Part shown: positions 37,286-46,987 of the stretch, piece after piece
Position numbering within the stretch: position 1 is the first letter of the stretch
How the letters are laid out: each line of letters starts with the position of its first letter
Source of the DNA: a virus
Taxonomy: Duplodnaviria > Caudoviricetes
Strand: one strand, 5' to 3'
Length of the DNA stretch: 64,000 nucleotides
IMG/VR virus record: IMGVR_UViG_3300029288_000123
Span: 1-64,000 of that record
Notes under the pieces: generated by a model
What the model was told of the DNA's origin: nothing
The model's input: only the letters and a program-made list of their open reading frames with translations
Databases searched by the model: none
Made by a program: the position numbers and the translations under genes

Positions 37286-39350
37286 CAATTTATATTTGCA
37301 GGGTTACTTTGGGTTTGGTGATAGTATTTATCAATATCCTTTTATTAAAGAATTAGCTAAACAATATAATAAAATATATTTAAGAACACCTTTTCCTCAA
37401 TTGTTTGATACCATACCAAACGTAGAATTTATTTTACCGCCTGTAACTCAGTTAGCAACTTGTAATGAACATATTGAAAAATATCAATCAGTATTTACAA
37501 AATTACATAAAGTAGAATATACTAATTCCTTAGTATTTCAATATCAACGAGCACATAAAAGGGGAATCGGAATGGCAGAAGCATTTAATAATGTTGTGCC
37601 AACTTTAAATAAATATCCTATTAACTGGTCTATTCCTATTAAACCCGAATGGATACAGGAAGCAAGTTCTTTTTTAAGAAAAATTCAAACATCAAAGAAA
37701 ATTTGTATAATAAAACCGCCAAGTGTAAGAAAAGAATGGTATAATATTGCTAGAGTAGGAGACCCGAAGTATTTTCAATATTTAGTTGATAAATATAAGG
37801 ATGAATATTATTTTATTTCAGTAGGAAACAAACAAGTTGAAACAGAATTAAAAAGAATTAATGGAATAGATTTGCATTTAGATGCCGGAGAAATTTCAGT
37901 TAACGGAATTATTGCTCTTGTGTCTATGTCAGATTTAGTTATAGGGTATCATAGTTTTATTATTGCGGTGGGTATTGCTACGGGAACAAAAACCTTTTGT
38001 ATTTTCGGGGGCTATATTCCGCCAGAATTGTGGATAGATAAAGTTAGAATGGATATGACGAAAATAAGTTATGTCGCCCCCGCCCCATTTTGCAGTTGTT
38101 TTGATAGACACCATAAACATTGTAATAAACAAATTCCATTAGAAGATATAGACATTAAAATCGGGGCTTTGTTGAATAACGAAAATGTTTATATTCCTAC
38201 AGGCGATAAAACCATCACCTCTATACCAACAATTTCTGCTGAGATTTCAAATCCTCCAAAACGAAAGAACATGTTAATCAGCCGTATCAGAGCCGAAAGA
38301 TGTAATACATTGGCAAATAATCCTTGGATAAAAAATACATTTGACATTTTTACTATTGACCATACTAATTTGAATATTTATAAACAATATAATGAAACAT
38401 TTAAAGATAGTTTTAGATTTCCATATTCCGAAAATCATTTACAAAATAAATATACAGATTCTCAAAAAACAGAAATTAAAGAATATTGTAAAGATATACT
38501 TCAAAAAAACGATATTCAAATAGTAATTAATTCACATCCATTACATACATTTAATCAAACCATGAAAGTTGCTTGTGGCGAATTAGGTATTAAATGTATT
38601 AATACAGAAATGTTTTGTGACCATAAAATGATATTTGATTGGAAAGGATGTCAATATACCAGAAATAATGAAATTTATGAGTTTGTAAATAAAATCCCTA
38701 AAGTATCTGATAGAACAATTATAGATTATCCTAAAACAACCAGACAACCGCAACCTCATAATATTAATCGAGAAGAATTTTTTTTAAAATATAAAACCCC
38801 CCCCACGAAAGAATATATTGTTATGTTAGGACAACTATCTTGGGATATGAGTGTTATTCAATCAACAAATAAACACTGTAATACATATTCAGATTATGTT
38901 AATTCTGTTCTTCAAAATAACCCTCAAACTACCTTTATTGTCAAACCGCACCCATTAGATATTCAGCGAGGGGAAGCCGATTTTATAAATATTTGTAAAA
39001 AATATTCAAATACAATATTAGTTAATGAAAGTTTAGAAAGTTTATTTAATATTTTTGATTATTTTACATCGTTTTCTTCAACTTCTATTTTTGAAGGTTT
39101 ATTAAGAAATAAAAAATTTGCTACAATGGGTTATCATTTTTGTAATAATGATAAATTAGTTTATCAATTAAGAATTCCAGAAAAAACTAAACATTTATAT
39201 CAAAGTTTAAGCAAGTTAGAAATAGACCCTTATATACTAAAACAATATATTTATTTTGTTTGTAACTATTATACAGTTAAACAAAACACCGATAAGATTT
39301 TTTATCGGTTAATAATGAGCAGTGACGAGTATTTTAATCAAGTATTATAA
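37278..39350 (+). CDS. Fusion of GT9-like glycosyltransferase and KpsS/KpsC-like capsule domain
   Basis: N-domain GFGD, S..IAV, FGG, CxxC..H..C; C-domain LGQ..D, KPHP, SSTSIFEGL. Confidence 0.7.
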   Translation: MSNNLYLQGYFGFGDSIYQYPFIKELAKQYNKIYLRTPFPQLFDTIPNVEFILPPVTQLATCNEHIEKYQSVFTKLHKVEYTNSLVFQYQRAHKRGIGMAEAFNNVVPTLNKYPINWSIPIKPEWIQEASSFLRKIQTSKKICIIKPPSVRKEWYNIARVGDPKYFQYLVDKYKDEYYFISVGNKQVETELKRINGIDLHLDAGEISVNGIIALVSMSDLVIGYHSFIIAVGIATGTKTFCIFGGYIPPELWIDKVRMDMTKISYVAPAPFCSCFDRHHKHCNKQIPLEDIDIKIGALLNNENVYIPTGDKTITSIPTISAEISNPPKRKNMLISRIRAERCNTLANNPWIKNTFDIFTIDHTNLNIYKQYNETFKDSFRFPYSENHLQNKYTDSQKTEIKEYCKDILQKNDIQIVINSHPLHTFNQTMKVACGELGIKCINTEMFCDHKMIFDWKGCQYTRNNEIYEFVNKIPKVSDRTIIDYPKTTRQPQPHNINREEFFLKYKTPPTKEYIVMLGQLSWDMSVIQSTNKHCNTYSDYVNSVLQNNPQTTFIVKPHPLDIQRGEADFINICKKYSNTILVNESLESLFNIFDYFTSFSSTSIFEGLLRNKKFATMGYHFCNNDKLVYQLRIPEKTKHLYQSLSKLEIDPYILKQYIYFVCNYYTVKQNTDKIFYRLIMSSDEYFNQVL

Positions 39351-39357
39351 AAAACAC

Positions 39358-39386
39358 TTGACTTTTTTGAAATAATAGTATATAAT
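39358..39386 (+). promoter_or_regulatory. sigma70 promoter
   Basis: TTGACT-N17-TATAAT. Confidence 0.8.
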
Positions 39387-39405
39387 ACGAAAAGAAAGGT
39401 AAAAT

Positions 39406-39789
39406 ATGAATAAAAAATTGCAGAGCAAATTATATAAAAAATATCCTGATTTATTTAAACAACACGCCCTTTCTCCAGACAAAACTTGTATGTGTTGGGG
39501 AATAGATTGTGATGATGGTTGGTATGATTTATTAGATATACTTTGTGGATATATTGTTTCTAATGATAAAAATATAGAGGCTGTCCAGATTAAACAAAAA
39601 TTCGGTGGGCTAAGATTTTATGTTAATTATAGTAATGATGATATTGACAGAGCTATTTCTATAGCCGAAAGCTTAAGTTATAAAATATGTGAAAAATGCG
39701 GTTCTTACGTTGACAAAGTAAAGACAGTTCCATATAATGGCTGGATACAAAGTTTATGTAATAAGTGTAGGAGAGAAAAGAAATCATGA
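39406..39789 (+). CDS. Conserved phage protein with C-terminal Zn ribbon
   Basis: GWYDLL, QIKQKFGGLRFY, CEKCG..CNKC. Confidence 0.7.
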   Translation: MNKKLQSKLYKKYPDLFKQHALSPDKTCMCWGIDCDDGWYDLLDILCGYIVSNDKNIEAVQIKQKFGGLRFYVNYSNDDIDRAISIAESLSYKICEKCGSYVDKVKTVPYNGWIQSLCNKCRREKKS

Positions 39790-40001
39790 ATAACCACAAT
39801 ATTTTTGATACTGCTATTAAGGCGTTTAGACCCACAAAATTAGGAAGTAACAAAGAAGATATAAATGCGTTTGTAATACAAGAAAACCCCTGTTCACAGA
39901 GTTCTGATATAAATTCAATGTCTAATTCTGATACAGTTGCTTTTTGGATATTAATAGTATCAGTTATTATAGTCTTTATTACTATGATTAGAAATAAATA
40001 A
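39786..40001 (+). CDS. Small membrane protein
   Basis: C-terminal hydrophobic helix. Confidence 0.5.
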   Translation: MNNHNIFDTAIKAFRPTKLGSNKEDINAFVIQENPCSQSSDINSMSNSDTVAFWILIVSVIIVFITMIRNK

Positions 40002-40070
40002 AATAATTTATTGAACCGAGAGAATTTCAAAACGGGAGAAAAATATTAGGTGGGACTGTAGAATAGGGTT

Positions 40071-40131
40071 AAAAACGCACAAAACGCCCCTTCTCGCTTG
40101 AGATTTTTAAAAAGGTAGGGTCGGATATGGG
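40071..40131 (+). repeat. Dispersed element copy 3 (arm > core)
   Basis: 45 bp identical to reverse complement of 1689-1733; core GGTAGGGTCGGATATGG at 40114. Confidence 0.9.
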
Positions 40132-40167
40132 TAAAACAAGTTTTGTGCTTAAAAAGGAATAAATAAC

Positions 40168-40377
40168 GTGAAAACTATAAAAGACATTAAAGAACAAATA
40201 AAATCGAATATTATCGTTACTATTGTTTATTTGATTTTTATAGTAATTGGAATTATAATATGTCCGTTTATATTTGTTGTTTATGGTTTTAGAGGGGTAT
40301 GGAACGAACTGTTATTTTTTAAAACAATTTTCTGTAACAGAAAACAGTTTAATAAAGAAATAAATAATGGTAAGTAA
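40168..40377 (+). CDS. Small membrane protein
   Basis: Hydrophobic stretch; AAGGA RBS. Confidence 0.5.
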   Translation: MKTIKDIKEQIKSNIIVTIVYLIFIVIGIIICPFIFVVYGFRGVWNELLFFKTIFCNRKQFNKEINNGK

Positions 40378-40386
40378 GGATAAATT

Positions 40387-40827
40387 ATGACAAAAAAACA
40401 ACTTAAAAAGTTAAAAAAAGATATTTATAAATATTATTTTAGAAATGGGCAATGTATATATTATGATATTCCTGAAATGCCCGTAAAAAAAGGTGTGTGG
40501 TCAAGGGCAGTAGATGTACAGTTTGTAAATAAAAACGGAGAAGAAAAATTCTTTCCTTTTGAAATCTGGACATATATAATGGCTGAATATATTGAGAGGT
40601 GTGAAGCAGATATACATTTTGGTGATTTTTCAAAAAATTGGTATAAAGTAGAAAATATCTCTGGGTTTGCTAATAAACCTTTATTTATTGATGATATTTT
40701 TTTCCTTAAAAAAGAAGAGTTTATTACTAAAAAAGATGTTGAATCTTGTATTAAGTATTTTCTTAAACAAATTTTAGGAATATTTTTTATGTTTCATATT
40801 AAAGAATATAAACCAAGTAAGGAGTAA
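40387..40827 (+). CDS. Hypothetical protein
   Basis: ORF with AAGGA RBS. Confidence 0.6.
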   Translation: MTKKQLKKLKKDIYKYYFRNGQCIYYDIPEMPVKKGVWSRAVDVQFVNKNGEEKFFPFEIWTYIMAEYIERCEADIHFGDFSKNWYKVENISGFANKPLFIDDIFFLKKEEFITKKDVESCIKYFLKQILGIFFMFHIKEYKPSKE

Positions 40828-40830
40828 AAG

Positions 40831-41178
40831 ATGAAATATCTAAAGGTTGAAGATTTACGACCAGAAGACGCAGGGAGAAAGGTTGATGTTATTTTGGGAG
40901 AGTGCCATATTACCGACGGTAAACTGCAATATAAGAACGGGGAGTATTGCATTTGTCAGAACAAAGCCCCCGATACTTGCGGAAAAACAGAAAATATAAA
41001 GAAAGAAAAAAATACAACTTTTAGTGTTTATAAAACTAAATTGAATGGATATACACAGTTGTTTATTTTAGACCCCGAAAAAGAGTTTTTTGAAGTAATA
41101 GCGAATTACGTTAAAATAAATAAATACGATTATCCAGATATAAGTGTTGAATGGTTAGGAGAAGCAGAAAAAATATGA
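40831..41178 (+). CDS. Hypothetical protein
   Basis: ORF with AAGGAG RBS. Confidence 0.6.
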   Translation: MKYLKVEDLRPEDAGRKVDVILGECHITDGKLQYKNGEYCICQNKAPDTCGKTENIKKEKNTTFSVYKTKLNGYTQLFILDPEKEFFEVIANYVKINKYDYPDISVEWLGEAEKI

Positions 41179-41447
41179 ATATAGATTTTGATAGATATTT
41201 TTTTAGAGTATTGGATTATTTAAGAATATGGCTAAAGCATGTATTTACAAGGCTAGGGTTAAGGGATAAACAGTCCTGTAAACACTGTGGAAGAAATCAG
41301 TTTCTTATATGGTCAGTAAAAGATAAATTATGGAATGAAATACCCAAAAAATATAGAGACCATTCTTTATGTATAGAATGTTTTATAAAATTATGTCCTA
41401 AAAAAATAAAATTAACAGATTTTGACTTTATAGAAAAAGGAGAATAA
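41175..41447 (+). CDS. Small Zn-finger protein
   Basis: CKHC...LCIECF. Confidence 0.55.
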   Translation: MNIDFDRYFFRVLDYLRIWLKHVFTRLGLRDKQSCKHCGRNQFLIWSVKDKLWNEIPKKYRDHSLCIECFIKLCPKKIKLTDFDFIEKGE

Positions 41448-41448
41448 T

Positions 41449-41646
41449 ATGATATTATTTTTTATATTTTGGTTTTTATGTGGATTATTAGGAGCAAGAA
41501 TAGCATATAAACATTATGAAGAAGAATATAAGGAATTTCCTGAGTTAATCAAATATTTTATATTTGATTGGTGTGTATATGGTGTTTTGTTTTTCAGTGG
41601 TTTTGTGGGATTAATTATAGCATATGCAACTTATGGAAAGGATTGA
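41449..41646 (+). CDS. Small two-helix membrane protein
   Basis: Two hydrophobic segments; AGGAG RBS. Confidence 0.55.
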   Translation: MILFFIFWFLCGLLGARIAYKHYEEEYKEFPELIKYFIFDWCVYGVLFFSGFVGLIIAYATYGKD

Positions 41647-41675
41647 ATAAAAAGAGTATATAAAAAAGGACAAAA

Positions 41676-41939
41676 ATGGGGGTTTTTATGGATTTATCTG
41701 AGATGAGAGAAGAACAAAAAAGATTAGAAGACACATTAAACTATTTTTCTAAAAAGTGTAAGATGTCAACAAAAAAGTTTATCAAAAAATTTGACGGGGG
41801 CGATGAATTAAATATATCTGACATCACGCAGCTAGAATGGAAAATAGCGTATGAAAAATATCATGCTATTAAAAATTATCTTTTTATAAATACTGCAAGT
41901 TTAATATTAGATAACTTTAAACAAACTTATTTTTTCTGA
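41676..41939 (+). CDS. Hypothetical protein
   Basis: ORF with AAGGA RBS. Confidence 0.55.
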   Translation: MGVFMDLSEMREEQKRLEDTLNYFSKKCKMSTKKFIKKFDGGDELNISDITQLEWKIAYEKYHAIKNYLFINTASLILDNFKQTYFF

Positions 41940-41955
41940 CTCGGAGAATTTTATA

Positions 41956-42222
41956 GTGTGTAAATGGGGAACGCTTAAAAAAGTAAAATTGTGTAAACCT
42001 TCTGGGCTATCTAAAAGGATTGAAATTAATGTAGACGCTTGTATAGCAGATTTAATTCAAGCATTAAATAACGCAAACATAGAAACTGTTGCTTCTTGTT
42101 GTGGACATGGAAAAGGACTGGGAATCGTTTCTTTGAAAGACGGTAGAGAATTACATATTTCACCGGATTTTAAATCAGCGAGAAAATTAGAAAAGTTATA
42201 TTATGAAAAAAATATTAAGTAG
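41956..42222 (+). CDS. Small protein with TYW3-like SCCGH motif
   Basis: VDACIADLIQALN..IETVASCCGHG. Confidence 0.55.
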   Translation: MCKWGTLKKVKLCKPSGLSKRIEINVDACIADLIQALNNANIETVASCCGHGKGLGIVSLKDGRELHISPDFKSARKLEKLYYEKNIK

Positions 42223-42490
42223 TCAATTAATTAAAGAAGCCAGAGAGGAAGTTTTAAAAAGATTGTCTATACCAAAATATCTCAAAAATAATTTTGATAT
42301 AAAATTAAAAAAAGATAAACTACGTATAAATGATAAATAAAATATTAATATATTATTATTTATGGAAATATAGACATTGTAAATTACAATTAATAGATTT
42401 TTTATTAAAAAATATAAGGTTGGATATTCCAAATTATTCAATTCTAACATTATTTAAAAACTTTAAATCTTCAATACAACAAAAGAAAGG

Positions 42491-42724
42491 ATGAAAATGA
42501 GAAAAGGAGATATTGTTAGATTAACATTATTAGACCACGCAAGAAAAGATGAGCTTCTTCATATTATTGCTTATGGAGAAATTAAAGAAATTACTGATGA
42601 AAAAGTAACTTTAATTATGTGGAAAGTGTTAGATGATGAGTTTAATAATAATAATGAAGAAATGAGTATCGTAAGGTCTTGTATAATTAAAACAGAAATA
42701 TTAACGGAAAAAGATTTTTTTTAG
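42491..42724 (+). CDS. Hypothetical protein (small beta-barrel-like)
   Basis: KGDIVRLT..D pattern. Confidence 0.55.
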   Translation: MKMRKGDIVRLTLLDHARKDELLHIIAYGEIKEITDEKVTLIMWKVLDDEFNNNNEEMSIVRSCIIKTEILTEKDFF

Positions 42725-42791
42725 GGTTGATATGCTTCAATAATAATCATATATAATTAAAGTCTCGGATACTGTATCCACCGTCTACCTT

Positions 42792-42821
42792 TGTCGCAAA
42801 AAGTATATAGTATTTGCGACA
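42792..42821. terminator. Inverted repeat at the convergence of the two arms (possible bidirectional terminator)
   Basis: TGTCGCAAA-N12-TTTGCGACA. Confidence 0.4.
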
Positions 42822-42884
42822 TTGTTTATTCTCTGTTCAGCCATTTTCTCTCCTATTCAACGCTGTTAATTTTTGCTATACTTG

Positions 42885-43145
42885 CTACTCTTCAATTTTC
42901 TTTTTCTCAAGTTCAGATATTTTTTCATCCCGATTTTTAGCTTTAATCTTTAAATACTTTTTGTCTATCATCTTGTCGGCTTCATTTATTGCCTGTAACC
43001 TAAACCATTCTTCAGCTCCGATTTCTGAAACTTCTTCTTTAGCCTCAAAATAAGGAACATATTTGTCGTCGAGCGTTACGGTATAATCTTTAGCTTGAAC
43101 CATTGACGCTAATAATATGCTAACTACAATAAATATTTTTTTCAT
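42885..43145 (-). CDS. Small protein with N-terminal signal-peptide-like sequence
   Basis: MKK + hydrophobic core + VQA; ATGA overlap with the tail-fibre stop. Confidence 0.6.
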   Translation of the reverse strand: MKKIFIVVSILLASMVQAKDYTVTLDDKYVPYFEAKEEVSEIGAEEWFRLQAINEADKMIDKKYLKIKAKNRDEKISELEKKKIEE

Positions 43146-46100
43146 TGTAACTCCTTGATTTTTTTAAAATCTTCTTTTGTCAACCTGATACCTTGAAATT
43201 CAATAAAAGTTTCAGTAACCGCAAATATCGGTTTAGCATCTGTTGGCATCTTTTCTGTTACCACACCTGCTTTAAAATGGGTATTCCCTATTGCTATACC
43301 TTTGGGGTAACCTTCGTATTTTTCAGCTTCTAATATTCGCCAATCGTTAAGCATAGAATAATCTGAACCATTAACAAGGTCAGCCCAAACATTAGCCCAT
43401 TGCCTAGTTGTTTGAGTTCCTAAATCTCTTGTCCCGTCAGCTTCGGGGTTAATATCGCCAGTTACGGTGTAATCTCCTGATGCAAGTGTGCCTGCAGTAG
43501 TAATATCAAAATCGCCAAAATCCGAATCACCATAAAAATATGTTTTACCGTCTGTTCCTATTTTGAAATAATTAGAATAATTCGCCCCAACCTTTTTAGA
43601 TATATAAAAATTATGGTCTGAAGATGACGGTTGTCTTATTTCCCATTCGGCTATTTGTCCACCATTATAAAATCGGTATCCTACAGAACCCGGAGCCCCA
43701 GCGTCTCGATAGTTGTAAATTAATCCAGCATCGGCAATATATACAGGTTGATACAAATATGTAGTTGAATCTGTAAATTTCAACAAATTAGTCGTTTCCC
43801 TATCAATTTTCATGTTACTACTATCAGAATGGTCTATAAACCAACACCAATCTATATTTGACTGTTCATCTCTCAAATGAAACCCGCAATCTTGACCCGT
43901 CGCATCTGTCCCGCCCTTTAAATTTATGTTACACGCCGCAGCGTCAAGATTTGAAACACTCGAATTGTCTATATCAAAAGCGTATTGATTGCCGTTAGCA
44001 CTGTCTAATCGAAGTTCAGTGTTAAGTGTAAATGTCGTATCGGTGTTAAATGTTAAATTTCGTATATCAACTATATCTGTTCCATTCATATCTATGGCAT
44101 CGTAACTACCGTAAGAAGGTCGGGTAAATTTTATACCTGTAGTATTCCAACCAGCTAAATCTATTCCTACATCCCACCCTTTATCATCATTAAAATTGTC
44201 AACTATCTTTATTGCTCTTGTGCAATGATACGTTGAATACTCTGTTGATAACCGGATTCCCGTCATACATGGAGATGACCCGTCATCTAACATATCAGCG
44301 TTGGTATTAACACAATCAAGTTCAGCCGCTACACCACCAGCGTTATATCCATTATTCCAGACATGACCCCAAAACGCCCAACCTGTATCACCGCCTGTTC
44401 CTGAACCAGCGTCTGTCCTGTCCCCCATAGCAAGTATCTGAGAACCGATAGACACAAAATCACCTCTATTCGGTCCATAGTTTAATCCATAATGCATAAG
44501 CCCTGTATAATGACCCGTTTGACTTGCTCCCATAATAGTTTCAAAATCGTAACCTAACCTATGGTTTCCGGGTGGTGTTCCACCTGAACCCACTGAAGTT
44601 TGAACCCAATGTTGATACCTTAAAAACGGCTCTTCGCTTGTTATATACGAACCCGACGCTCCTCTGTTACCATACAAAATCGCCGGAGTTTCATCTTGAT
44701 TGGCAAACCTGCCGAGGTCAGAATATGTCCCTGTTCCCCATGTATTAAGCCCAGTAGTAGTCAACGCCCCATTAACTGTAACACTATCAGAGGCTATCTG
44801 AATAAGGTCGGTATCAGCGGTTAACCCTATATCTCCGCCGTCTACAATTAAGTTACCGCCGGAAGTAATAAGCCCTGAAGTTGTTATAGTTGTAGGCGTA
44901 GCGATAGCACCTGTTAAAGTCAACCCTACAAACGTCGGGCTACTGGCTTGTTTAACTGCTTGGTCGAGATAATCTGCAAACTGATACCCGTCCCACAGGT
45001 CGGCGTTAAGGTTAGTATTGACTGTGGTTGAGGTGATAACAAATGGAGCTGTTCCGTCTGCTAAAGAATTTGTAAGTTGGTTATTCATTCCTATCGTAGT
45101 TACACCGGATAAAGCTCCGTCATCAAGAGTTGCTGTTCCGTCAGTAAGAGACGTTCCTGTTATTGCCCCTGCTCCAAGTGTGCCGGTAGTTAGAAATGTT
45201 CCACTACCTAAATCTACGTTGTCATTAGCGGTATGAGGGGAAAGAGTGGTGTCGGTTCTATCCCACAAGTTCTCAGCTTCAACCGCATCATCCACATAAC
45301 CTTGAGTAACAAGTTTATCGTTATCGCCTGTCCCTGTTGAGACAGACGCTATACTGGTTTCAACACTGTTAATAGTAAAATCTAAATAGGTTGGTGCGAC
45401 TATATCAAGGTGATTAGCGTCGGCTGATGATATGTTGGTATATGTATCTCTAAAATATAAAAACCCGGTTGAATTTAAAAATATGTCATCTGAGAATTTA
45501 AAATAATCTTCATCTTCCATCCACTCTAAAAGACCGCTGTTAGTTGTGCCAACAAACTCAAGCCGGACATCAGTGTCGGCAGAAACCATATTGAATCTAT
45601 GAGCAGTATAAACATAATAATCTAAATATCCTTCGCTTGCTCCGTCTATATACGCTTTCCTTTCGGCTGTGCCGTCCTCTTCTCCGCTATCATTAAAAAT
45701 AACCCTATTAATATATCCTTCATTCCAATATTTAACTCCACCCTTGCTATCCACAGGTTTACCAACAACATAGTCATTATTTTCGGTGTTAGGAGTCCAC
45801 CAAGCTCCATGAGATATAACAGCTCCAACACCAGAATCACCGCCGGACTGAAATGCTATACCCCTATTCCCACTTGAATCTCTATCTTTCGTACACCACC
45901 ATTCAAGACGATAATCAGCTTGCAAATATAAAGCATAATTAGATTGGTAAGCATCATAAACAGCCCAAATTTTTTGTGAATCATGCCCTGTTTCAGAAGA
46001 AATAAAATCAAATTTTATATCATAAGAAGATTCATTGTCTTCATCGCCTTCCTCAAATGATTTCATAATTAAATCACCATACATAAACAAACTATTTTCA

Positions 46101-46972
46101 GAAGCATCCCAAAACATTTTTTGACCACTATTATCTCCATAAACCACAAAATCCAACCCAGCCTCATCATCGCCTATATAAACTTCTGCTCCTGTGAACC
46201 AATGTCTATTAACAGCAGAATAATTTAGAGTGCTTGTTCCCCCCCTTATATATCCTCTACTTACATCATTAACATCTTTAAACCAAATTCCTAAAATATC
46301 GTTATCAACAAGAATATCGCTTATATTATCATTATTTCTAAAAAAATCTATACTTGTTTCTTGAAGTTTTCCCAACCCGTCATCATAAATAACAATTTGT
46401 TGTCTGTTATCTATATAAGCACTGTCGGCGGTATTATCATAATCTTTTTGGTCAATAACATCCTCAGCATCACCCGCTACAGGAATTCTAACTGCCCCTA
46501 TAGTACAACTATCAATTAGTTCAGAAGTATTAACAGAAACATTAGCATATCCGCCGGAAACATTTGTTAATTGAATATAAAATATTGTTGTATTCGGATT
46601 ATCTGATAAAGGAATTTCTAAATTAGAAATATCAGATTGTAATTCAAATACTTTTCCTGCATATAAAGCAGTTCCCGAAGAAATATTAACATAAGAATCG
46701 GCGGGGGTGTTTTGTGTAATTATTAATCCATCAATAATAATCGGAGTCAACGATATTTGGTTTAGAAAATCGTTTATAGTATTTATAGACAAAGAAATAG
46801 ACGGGTCTGTTCCAAAATTGATTTCAGACCCGAAGATTCTTGCTCGTGATATATTTCTTTGACTTAATTGAGCGTTTTTTGTTGCTTGATTGAGTTTAGT
46901 ATCAATCAAATCTGATACTTGTCTAAATAATTTTTTTGTAGTTTTTGATACTTGATTTTTTGTTTTTTTCAT
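43142..46972 (-). CDS. Tail fibre / receptor-binding protein (mosaic)
   Basis: 1276 aa, G/T/D/S-rich beta modules, last large gene of the tail operon. Confidence 0.75.
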   Translation of the reverse strand: MKKTKNQVSKTTKKLFRQVSDLIDTKLNQATKNAQLSQRNISRARIFGSEINFGTDPSISLSINTINDFLNQISLTPIIIDGLIITQNTPADSYVNISSGTALYAGKVFELQSDISNLEIPLSDNPNTTIFYIQLTNVSGGYANVSVNTSELIDSCTIGAVRIPVAGDAEDVIDQKDYDNTADSAYIDNRQQIVIYDDGLGKLQETSIDFFRNNDNISDILVDNDILGIWFKDVNDVSRGYIRGGTSTLNYSAVNRHWFTGAEVYIGDDEAGLDFVVYGDNSGQKMFWDASENSLFMYGDLIMKSFEEGDEDNESSYDIKFDFISSETGHDSQKIWAVYDAYQSNYALYLQADYRLEWWCTKDRDSSGNRGIAFQSGGDSGVGAVISHGAWWTPNTENNDYVVGKPVDSKGGVKYWNEGYINRVIFNDSGEEDGTAERKAYIDGASEGYLDYYVYTAHRFNMVSADTDVRLEFVGTTNSGLLEWMEDEDYFKFSDDIFLNSTGFLYFRDTYTNISSADANHLDIVAPTYLDFTINSVETSIASVSTGTGDNDKLVTQGYVDDAVEAENLWDRTDTTLSPHTANDNVDLGSGTFLTTGTLGAGAITGTSLTDGTATLDDGALSGVTTIGMNNQLTNSLADGTAPFVITSTTVNTNLNADLWDGYQFADYLDQAVKQASSPTFVGLTLTGAIATPTTITTSGLITSGGNLIVDGGDIGLTADTDLIQIASDSVTVNGALTTTGLNTWGTGTYSDLGRFANQDETPAILYGNRGASGSYITSEEPFLRYQHWVQTSVGSGGTPPGNHRLGYDFETIMGASQTGHYTGLMHYGLNYGPNRGDFVSIGSQILAMGDRTDAGSGTGGDTGWAFWGHVWNNGYNAGGVAAELDCVNTNADMLDDGSSPCMTGIRLSTEYSTYHCTRAIKIVDNFNDDKGWDVGIDLAGWNTTGIKFTRPSYGSYDAIDMNGTDIVDIRNLTFNTDTTFTLNTELRLDSANGNQYAFDIDNSSVSNLDAAACNINLKGGTDATGQDCGFHLRDEQSNIDWCWFIDHSDSSNMKIDRETTNLLKFTDSTTYLYQPVYIADAGLIYNYRDAGAPGSVGYRFYNGGQIAEWEIRQPSSSDHNFYISKKVGANYSNYFKIGTDGKTYFYGDSDFGDFDITTAGTLASGDYTVTGDINPEADGTRDLGTQTTRQWANVWADLVNGSDYSMLNDWRILEAEKYEGYPKGIAIGNTHFKAGVVTEKMPTDAKPIFAVTETFIEFQGIRLTKEDFKKIKELQ

Positions 46973-46987
46973 ACTTTTCTCTTATAG

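Noticed and set aside
42223-42450. Minus-strand 75-aa ORF
   Set aside because: AT-rich with no RBS; a short + strand ORF from 42203 is at least as plausible, so neither was called.
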